From the NCBI GenBank assembly GCA_964016885.1, contig OZ024747.1, positions 73,594,001-73,658,000 on the forward strand: a stretch of 64,000 bases of DNA, given 5' to 3'. This DNA comes from Eledone cirrhosa (taxonomy: Eukaryota). Below the pieces are notes generated by a model. It saw only the letters and a program-made list of their open reading frames with translations. It was not told the DNA's origin and made no database searches. Position 1 is the stretch's first letter. Each line of letters begins with the position of its first letter. Shown here in pieces: positions 53,636 through 64,000 of this stretch. The translations under genes and the position numbers were made by a program.

Positions 53636-53928
53636 CTACTTGGAGTTGCGATCTATAACTAGTACTAGCAACTGGAAAGACCGACTAAAAACATTGTTTC
53701 CTCGGTCCGATTTGACGAAAGTCGATCGATCCACACACACACACATATATATATATATACACGTTCTACCTCATTCCCTGCATGCCTCACATACAAGAGG
53801 ACGTCTTAGAAATATTATGTCGAGGGTGAAAAGTAAATCTATTTCGACACTTCACATTCCCCAAAGGTAACTTGTCAAATTGGAATATATTCCAACCCAC
53901 ACACATTGTCCCCTCTTTCCTTTTCCTC

Positions 53929-53981
<53 letters not shown>

Positions 53982-54353
53982 TCACTCTCTCTCCCCCTCT
54001 CCCTCTCTCTCTCATCTCTCTCTACGATTCTTTACTTTTGTCTACATCCCTCAGGCTCCTTTTCTATTAAAGTTTCTGTCATCTTTCTAACTTTTCATCT
54101 TTTTTTTACTGACATGAATTGATCACTTACTATGTTTTCTATCCTGGACTTACACACACTCTCTCTCACTCCTTTTTCTCTCACCCTCTCGCTCACTCTT
54201 TCTCACTGTTTTCTCTCGCCCTCTCTCTCACTCTTTTCTCTCACCCTCTCTCTCACTCTTTCTCACTGTTTTCTTTCGCCCTCTCTTCCTCTTTTTCTCT
54301 TTCTCCCTCACTTTCAGTGTACATGTATATCTTCTGACTTGTACTTCATTATA

Positions 54354-54397
<44 letters not shown>

Positions 54398-54561
54398 CAT
54401 ACATGTGTGTGTGTGTGTGTGTGTGTGAGTGTGTGTCTGTGTGTATGTGTGTTTGTTTGTGTGTTTGTGTGTGTATGTGCGTCTGATTGTGTTTGCATCT
54501 ATGTGCGCCTTTATGTGTGCGTGCAGACTCACACATTCATATATAACATCATTGTGATTTA

Positions 54562-57500
54562 TCACACACGCGCGAATCGTATTATCATGTAGCAAAGTAT
54601 CTCAGCGAGAGATATTTTGAAATACAGGAAAAGAATATTGACAAAGCCAGAGACGGTTCTATATACTTCGACACCGGTTCTAAGGTTGTCTAAGACCCTG
54701 CTGAGAAAGCGCAATCGGCTGTTTCTTATCAGATTACAATTAAACACGGGAAATGTATACATAGCTAAATATTTAGGAAGTGAATTCGAAATATATGTTA
54801 CACGTACTATATAAAAAGTTACTACACAAATTCTACACATATATTCAGATGAAAAAAAAGCGTGTTTTAAAATATCTGTAGGAATGTTTGAATTAATATA
54901 TATATTCCATGGCGTCGATGTATGAAGAATGTTGACTACTTTTTCCGTTTGGTATATATGAGACTTCTGGGATACGACCGTTCAAATTTCGGCAAGATTT
55001 AAGAGTATTTCAAACAGACGGTCTGAGTGTTGTTGTCTCTTGATACTTACAACTGTATTATGTTCTACTACTTGTCTGTTAGAATATGTTTGATGCTTTG
55101 TCGGATAAAGGGTTTAACTGTCTTTAGTGATAGTAGGTGTTCCCTCATATCTGTTGTGTTGAGAGTGTTAATGTTCAGATTGAATTTTCACAGATAAATG
55201 TCTGTAGGGAATAATTGAGTATAAAGAATGTCTCCGAGAGATGCAAGTCAATAAAAGAGAATGCTTAATAGGTTTATTGAGTAAGAAATAGTGTTAATGA
55301 TGTAAAGGAAAAAAACGGCTACATCAAATAAATATAGGATGGAGTTTTGCAAAAGATTACTCGGTCAGAATCGTATTGAAACCATATTTTATTGAATTGT
55401 ATTGTCTTGCAAACTCTCAAAATTGCATATTTATAAAATACACCACTAGTCAAGTTACTGCCTCTCGGGTGGTGTTAGTAACATGCAGACAGAGAAAGGC
55501 ACTCATCTCCATAAATTCTATGACAGTTCTAAACAACTGAACGACTCAATAATACCTCAGGGAAGAAACGGCGACAAACTAAGTAAATTGATACACAAGA
55601 CCAATAGTTTCCACTGATGAAACACTTGTGATTTGATGTATAAAGTGATTTGGGTGGCAACATTTTAGTATTGGTTAGAAGACTCAATTTTAATTGTCTT
55701 ATTCTTTCCTAACACATTCCAGAATTTGGATTGGACTATATATCGACGTTGCTGTGACTATCATTCAAAGTTTAAAAAATCAACCTTATATGCTACCTCT
55801 ATATAAAGAAAATTTGCACGTTTCAATAACATGCTTCGCCCTTTAAGCACCAGTAATGCACTGGGGTAATTTCTGGCCTTATGGTAAAAGTAGAAACAAT
55901 TATATATGGACACATTTTGAAGCATACATACATCTTTACGGAACTCGCTTCCAGGCTGCATTATTTACATTTACATTAAAGGATTTAATTTTGGAAAATA
56001 TCGTTACATAACGGAAATTTTACATCCATGTACGAATATGAATACACAGAATAATGATAACTAATAATTCATAAAACACGAATTGTAATCTTCTTCGACA
56101 TAATAATCGAGCATAGGCTGTAGCAAACAGTTTTACATTTGCTTCATTTGATTGATAAAACTGCCTAAATACATGTCAGTCTTATTCGTGTACAGCACAT
56201 TGGCTTTTATGTATTGGTGTATTCCAAACGTAATTATAAATACTGAACAACACACGTTGACATATTGACATCTACATTCCTTATGCCAAGATATATTATA
56301 TGTGAACATTCTCTTGTACTGCATTAAATGTATTCTGTATTCAAAAAGTTACTGGATGTAGAGTTAAGGTGAATGAATGCTTGAAATGCAAGAGTAGTTA
56401 GAACTACTATGTCATACAAAGTATATTCAAAAGAGATATTAATTATAGCTTGGACGTTACTCATTCAAACATGTGGAACCCAAGTCAATGTTTATAGTTT
56501 ATAATGTAGTATTTAAAATTCATGGGTTTCTTGTGAATTAGGCTAAAATTCCTTTCCTTTTCAGGTCTTGGTTCATAATCAATAAAATCATGGTGGACTA
56601 ATGTATGAAACATTAACGGCATATGTTTCAAACTGTAGCTACATACCAAACTATTCCACAGGTGTGTGATGAGGTATGCAAGGCGCATAAACGTCTAAAC
56701 AGTGTAATCAAATACAAAATATAAAATTTGTATAGGTAATCAATATTTCCAAACATGTGGTAATCAAACATGTGTTTTCATTGCACCAAGGAGCATCAGG
56801 AGGACAGCTACTTCATTAAGTTTATATTCTTTTTCGACTGGTAAAAATCTACCAAATTATTCTTCGGGCGTCATGTGAACAATCTTATTAAATGAATGAC
56901 AATAGTACTCCTAACTCTATTAAATGATCATTGAACATAATCTGTGCTCTCTAGCTTTGTTCATATGGCAAATGATATCACTAATTGCATACAAGAGATA
57001 CTAGATGCGCTTGCTTAACCTGATTGAAACATTTAAAAAAAAAACTTTTTGAATCACGCGATACTATCGAACAAAAAAAATAACCTATAAGATATTCTTG
57101 TCTTAGATATTCTGTGTCTGAAAATAAAGAAAATAGGATAATCATGATCAGAACATATTTGATCGTGGATCAGCATGATCACAGCTGACCTATGGTGAAA
57201 TAAGAAACACTCTGAAAATAAGGAGCATGATTTAGTTGAATGTTTTATCCTTCGCTGTTTCTATAATGATTTTCCTTCACCTCTGACTTAGTGAAGTATA
57301 ACAACACCCTACAGTCATTAGCAAATCAGTGTGCTTTTTACTGCCTCTAGCCGGTTTCAATACAATATACAATTTTGAGAGCTTACAGGTCATGAAAGGA
57401 TAGATATGTTCCAGTGTATAGTGATATATGTAGGTTACACTCATAGAGGTATTGAAACAAACTCACATTAGTTAAGACCCGAACGTGAAACTTTGAAATA

Positions 57501-59911
57501 TCAATGCTTTTTTATTTAACAGAATTTAAAGTAAACAACGTGAAATGAAAATAAATTTAGTGATATATTTCATACTATTTCTCTATTTTTGTATTACGTT
57601 TTAGAAGAATGTGCTTTTATTCGATTACTGAATTAATTATTAAATGCAATCTGTTTATATTTCGAAAGAGTGTAGGATATATGCAAAATTAATAGGTCAC
57701 ATTGTAAAGAATAATGACTATTATGAATGGACGAATGATTATATTGTCGTCAATTTAAAAAGGACAGCTGAAAATCAGAGAATCAGCTTCAGAGAAATAA
57801 ATAGATATACCAAGTTTGATAAGGAGAGTGAAACGTACGAATTACAAAAAAGGCCTTTATATGTAGAAATTCTACGTAATTCTTTTAAAGAAACTCACAA
57901 AAGTAGAATGGAGAAAAATCTTCTTTCTGCACAAATAATTGTACAGTTTGGCTTCTTGGCCAAAATAAGAGAAACAAAACTGAAAAATTAATAACTGATA
58001 AAGAATTTGAAAAGAAACAATATAGTTCAAGAATTTCTGTCGACAGTACGATGAAAGAAAAAAATATGACAACTTCTTGCAATATTTTTCAATTTCTAGT
58101 ATTTTATTTCTTCTGATTTGTCATATCTTCATTTTTCTCTCTTTTTATTCTATGAACAAACAAGTGATGAAGTTTTATCTCATTTTTATTTCTAAATAAC
58201 AAACATATCTTGTAGTTTTATTGTTTCGTAAAATTTTGCTCTTTATACCTGACGCCTGATATCTTCCATAACATTCTTTTTGTCATTTTTAATACGGTCT
58301 TTTCTATTTCGTCTTATCTCATTTATAATCCTTCACATTGAATCACTGTCTAATCACTACTGTTCTCTTCTTTTTCTTTTCGTCTGCATATTCTATATAA
58401 TATTGTAGATATTTTATTTTCTGTGTGTCTAGAGCTCTTTCTGTTTACGCATTCTCGCTTTCATTCTCTCGACAAAACTTCTTTATTATAATTCGTTCAA
58501 GGCTTTATCATATTTCCAGGTCGCTCTCATTTCTGTTTCTATATTCAAGAGTTTTCAATTTTAGTGCTCTACCTCACAATTTATTTCCACTTACGTTGTC
58601 TTTCACAGAATGTGAAATGTATTTTTATTTGTTCTTCTCACTTTTCCTCCTCCTGAATATATCGTACTCTCTTTCATTCTATATCAATATGAATTTCAAT
58701 GTATTATCCTCTTTCCTACACGCATTATTTTCTTCTTTCATTCTCCTCATACGAATTGTAAAATTTCATGTTCCAAACAAAAATGAACAACAATATAAAA
58801 CTAAAACAAAAGAGAGCATGGGTTAATGTTGGTATGATATATGGATATATATTTAAAAATTGTATAATATTTTATAAGTCTAGTTATTTCCAACGAAGAA
58901 TTACAAAAACAAAACGATCTAGTATATTTTAAATATTTCCTCTGATATATCATTAAAGAGACAGTTGTGCCAACAGGATACTAAATATGCAGTAAAATGA
59001 AAATAAAATGATAAGCTTACTCTTTTTAAAATATGATGAATTGCGTATGAAATCTGAGATATTTCGATAAAGGAATGAAAAGATGAGTGTCAATTACTTA
59101 ATAATTGAAGGAATTATTTTAGTAAATGAAACTATTTCTGACATATCTTTGTTGAGGATCATAAAGTGTATAAGTCAAAATCCGTGAATTAATCAAATGA
59201 TTTCAAAATTCAAAATTCATTTCTTTTCTGTCTTTTTTTTTTTTTAGTCTAGATTGATGGTGATGCAATTATTAAAAGGAAATACGTTTATAACAGTAAA
59301 TCCCATGAATGAGTCATGCGCATGGATGCCGGTATACCAAGTACACATTGAAATTGTTGACGGTGGTGAAACATGCAAGTTTTAGTACTTAGTTATGACT
59401 ATGAAACCGGGATAATCCAGAGTTAAATGCCCATAACATAAACTGGATAGTACTTTTAATAGCTTTGAAACTGCTATTTTTGAGATTGTTTGGTGTTTAA
59501 TTGAGTAAATATTCAGCACGTGTTTTTTTTTCCTAGACAAAATGATTTATTTGTAGAGCTAAAAGATACGGCGACTAAAATCTACTCATGCATACTGCTA
59601 AATAATACTTTATACACCACTTGAGTGATTTGCAATAAAGTTGATATGTAGTGGATTAAATGTGAGAAAGAGGAGGTGACGAACATTACCCTGTAATATA
59701 TCGAATGTATCAGATTATAATCAGTCTGTCTCGTTTTGTAAATTAGACACATGAGTAGGACTAGAGATGTTACCCGTTGTTTATGAAGGTTCTTCGAGAT
59801 AGGAAAGTTGGGCGCATCAGCGGACCAGCTAGGATATCTAAACCCTAATATGGATATGAAAAATATTATACTGTATAAAACGAAAAGGCGACGCCCGAAT
59901 CCTTGCAGCAT
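54562..59911 (-). pseudogene. Three further possible GT31 relics (~54562-55000, ~56000-56700, ~59250-59911)
   Basis: LIRNSRLRF..VSGFVNIL; KPMNFKYYIIN and SVFI..DMYLGSFIN; MLQGFGRRLFVLYSIIFFISIL, FNPLHINFIANH, DFSRR, VMGI; heavily degenerate. Confidence 0.3.
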
Positions 59912-60659
59912 TGATTGCCAACACTGTTAAATATATTAATGAGTTATCGGTTAATCAGTATATAACTTCAAAGACACGGTTGTAAAATATTGTTTCATCA
60001 AACTTACTGTACCAAGCTTGCCCCTTCTGATTATCCTTTATTTAAGAGTTTACAAAATCATTTTTTTGAACTGACGTTGATATCAAGGAAGGAGATGTAA
60101 TCTTACACTGTCTGTTATATCTCATTAAACCTCATGGAAATCTTTCTTTTATATACGATGCATATATAATATTGGTGACAGATTGAAAACTTTTATCGAA
60201 GTCAATGGATAAAATATAGAGGACTTTCAACGACAGAACCTCGACCTACTAGAAATAGTAATCACATCTCCATAAATATCGATCTCTTATCTGAAAAAAA
60301 AAAAGATTGATTAATATAGTGCGTTGTATATAGAAAATATAAAAGAAATTTTGTCATGGCAGAAACACTTTCGATCTTAGAGGTTAGCGATGAAGATGAC
60401 CTTGATGTTACACCACAACAAATCTGTAGAACATTACTCCAGTATATATATATATATATATATATATATACTGTTATTATGCAGTTGAAATAATGGTTTC
60501 ATACAAATTAAAGCTAGACAAGAAAGCAATTACATTATCACATTATCATAAAAAATCTTCAGATTCTAATAGCCTTTTCGATTATACTTATTGGAAAGTA
60601 ATTAAATTTACCATAAAGTGATAAACGATCATATAAAATTCATAAAACCAAGTAAATAT

Positions 60660-61700
60660 AAGCAGCTGATTTTGTATTCAAATATATTTGGTATGGCCAT
60701 TTTAAAATAGCCGTTTGGGATACTGAAAAAATAATTCCAGCTTTACTATCTCAGTCAAGCCAGGAGATATGTTAATATGTTAATATAGGCTGCGTAATGT
60801 TTGCAGAATGTTGGTATCATAAAACGCATGCAACGGGGAGTTAGATGTTTTAATATTGATGACAATATTGTGATAGTTGTGAGAGTTATTAATGCTGCTG
60901 ATTATCTGTGATCAAATTAGATGTATCATCAAAATTATTCCATGTATGATCATCTCCTCAGTTTAGTGTTACGTAGGACTGCCTATGCAATGTGGCATTT
61001 TCACCCAAAATGAGAAGCAGGGATTTAGAGGAAATTTCACTGATATTCCTTCAAGTTGAGTCACCCGGAGAAGCTTCCCCGTTGTAGCTAGTTTCTTGTA
61101 TTTAACACGGATTTATAAATCTACGACTTCACACAGAACATTCTTGTTTCTTAGAATCACGTTTTATAAAGCGCCATTAATTCCTCTAGTCTTTGTATTT
61201 CAGTTCAAGAATTATCGTACATCGTTTGGCAAACGGCACGGAACACTACACGAATTCATAGGGGAAAGTGCATACGATATTAGGAAGAAAACAAACATTT
61301 TCTATAACCGATTGAAATCTTGGCTGTATCAACATTTGAGAGCTTAACCATGATACAAGTGTTGATTACAATACATTTTTGTTTGTTTTTACCAACATGG
61401 ATGGAAGAGTAAGGAGAGATAAGATGATTTTCGGATATACTGATGATATTCTAGTGTTGTGTTTAATAAAGCTTGCCTGATGAGGAGGAATGTATTCCTC
61501 GAATGGTTGGAATATATGCCAGGCAAACTGACTAAACATGAACCTCATTGATTTCACTTCAAATCTTAATAGTTGTTTAAACCGATAAACTGTTCCAATA
61601 CATAGATATTTATACAAATATAATGGTAATAAAGTCAAAACATAGATAAACAATGCAATCTTTCTGCACGGAATTTTAATCAGAGCTGCAGTCTCCAATA
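60660..61700 (-). pseudogene. Decayed GT31 (beta-1,3-galactosyltransferase-like) gene
   Basis: Frame-hopping remnants in the expected order: TM RKIALFIYVLTLLPLYLY; LISPYSS..KNKQKC..IMVK; LLILGENATLHRQ..GD..NFDDTSNL (~61025-60910); GYFKMAIP. Confidence 0.42.
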
Positions 61701-61808
61701 AATTGTTATTGAAAATCAAGTATGCTTGCAACGAACAAAGAACGGTGGCCCTTCAACTGAATAATAAAACTGAAACAACATTTTGTTTAATTAATCTTTA
61801 AATCTGAA

Positions 61809-61903
<95 letters not shown>

Positions 61904-61937
61904 ATATTATATTAATATATATATATATATATATATA

Positions 61938-62116
61938 GGAAAAGATTCAGGACCCCGACGGCTGAGCTCCGGCCGTTTCGACAGCTATTTCTGAAATAGC
62001 TGTCGAAATGGCCGGAGCTCAACCGTTGGGGTCCTGACTCTTTTCATATTAGCCACTCTGATGCCCGATGTATCGAGTACTTATGGTCCACCAAGTATCT
62101 TAACACACTTTCTCTG

Positions 62117-62118
<2 letters not shown>
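61938..62118. mobile_element. Fold-back half-hammerhead element in (TA)n, relative of 34825-35027
   Basis: Arms 61938-61991 / 61993-62046 with a 1-nt centre; left arm on minus reads GAAAC-GGC-cggagctca-GCC-GTC-GGGG. Confidence 0.75.
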
Positions 62119-62171
<53 letters not shown>

Positions 62172-62219
62172 TTGTAATAAAATGAAAACGAAATTTCATT
62201 TCTCACTCTTAGTACTTAC

Positions 62220-62295
<76 letters not shown>

Positions 62296-62300
<5 letters not shown>

Positions 62301-62553
62301 TATTGAAGTTTGCTTGAAGCATTGTGGAATAATAAATAAATATCTTTAAGTCGTTTGGAAGCCTCGACAATGCAAATGGGTAAATCTGCGGGTAACAAGA
62401 TCCGGTGGTGGAGTGAGAGATGTAAGTGGGTGTGTCTTTACATACCACGCATCTCAACGTACATCCACTTACATCTCTCTCTCTCCACCACCGGATCTTC
62501 TTACCCGGAGATTTACCCATTTGCATTGTCGAGGCTTCCAAACGACTTAAAGA

Positions 62554-62560
<7 letters not shown>
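62296..62560. mobile_element. Fold-back element in (TA)n without a recognisable HHR
   Basis: ~98-bp arms 62336-62433 / 62461-62560; mirror ORF-track peptides MEASTMQMGKS. Confidence 0.75.
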
Positions 62561-62603
<43 letters not shown>

Positions 62604-63465
62604 AAGTTGGTTTGATTACAAATGGGTAGAATTGGTGGTTCTGGTTGGCAAATCCTGCAAATCACTCTACGTCATGTAAGTCATCCATCGTAGATGTGGT
62701 ATCCAGTGGTTGCTGCAGTAACGGAGTAAAGTATTTATTAAACAACAACAGATGGCGAGAAAATATTCTTTAAAATTTTAAATCCGTGAAATATTCGTCA
62801 GATTTTTCGATGGCCCAGCTCCATCATCTAAATATATGGCCAGACAGGACGATCCCATCAGGCAACATTCGACAGAATTACATAACAGGGTTACATTGAA
62901 GCTAAAGAATTTGGGTACTGCCTCTTCCCAATACAAGAGTTTATTTTACAGGCAGTTCCCGAATTTATAATTTTCAGTTTCGTATTCTCTTTTTCCTATC
63001 TTCGATTACATGTTGATCTTGTTGGAATTGTAGTAAGAAACTGTATCATAAAATTAAATATTGAAAAGGATCTGTTCTGTCCCATTAAACATTAGCACGC
63101 GCTCACACACGCCCACCCACACGTACGCACGCATGCACGCGCATACACACGCCTGCACATGCACACACATAACCCACATACCAACACTTATCTATCCTAT
63201 AACCCTGTTATGTAATTCTGTTGAAGTTGTCTGATGAGATGTTCCTGTCATGCATTATTTTCGGACGATGAAGCTTAGCTATTGAAATATTTATAGTGAT
63301 TTCACCGAATTAACCTTTTAAAGCATATTATCCAGTGGCATTCTTAGTTTAGTAAACATAAATATATATTAATATTGTATGGCTCCTATAAATATTAATA
63401 TATAGGTAAGCTAGAAAATATCGAAGGAATTGTATAAGATTCCAAGAAAATACGCAGTAGGGAAT

Positions 63466-63637
<172 letters not shown>

Positions 63638-63951
63638 TATATATATGGTAAACAGTGTACAAAAGAATAAGAATTGTCAAAGACAATCAGGGAAACTTTC
63701 AAAAAAGTTTAATAGGGATAATATATTAAATAGTTGGATATAAAAGCTTTTACACTGTGGAGAGATGTGTGGAATACAAAATAGTTAGAAATGATATAAT
63801 GCAATTGTTAGAAACGTCTATTGAATTTCTCCGAATAGCTTCCAACAATACACGGAGGTAGGAGGGAATTATGGAGAGTGGGACTTCGTTTACTCAGTTA
63901 TAAGATGCCATATGCATATGTAATATGGGCATTTATATACACAGACGTTGC

Positions 63952-64000
<49 letters not shown>

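Noticed and set aside
61474-61525. HHR-like TTGC-CTGATGA-gGAGGAAT/ATTCCTC-GAAT..CCAG-GCAA
   Set aside because: GAAA and the NUH triplet are both violated; single copy, not beside (TA)n
63226-63298. CTGATGA...GAAATATTT possible hammerhead
   Set aside because: No convincing stem II; stem I mostly wobble pairs

Overview
AT-rich, microsatellite-dense eukaryotic DNA with no prokaryotic features; the SINE types and repeat texture suggest an octopus or other cephalopod, which is inference only. Most ORF-track entries are translations of (TA)n/(CA)n/(TATG)n. The first 16.7 kb is one very young Penelope-like retroelement array (Naiad-like RT plus C-terminal GIY-YIG). It has a 6.84-kb unit in partial tandem with 3.73-kb pseudo-LTRs, fused through a microhomology junction at ~6105 to an inverted copy. 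Each pass carries a type-I hammerhead ribozyme (HHR) with a very long stem II, and each 3' region carries a captured RTE-derived element. The rest of the window holds about a dozen more HHR or HHR-derived motifs from at least 5 families, almost all abutting (TA)n. Several are fold-back palindromes, and in three the inversion point falls inside the ribozyme. Two families have non-canonical cores (CCGAAGA, CAGAAGA). Also present: tRNA-derived SINEs, two Helitron-type elements, a CR1 3' end, a GIY-YIG fragment, a 29-bp minisatellite and a probable cluster of decayed GT31 galactosyltransferase pseudogenes. All calls were made by eye; no searches were run.
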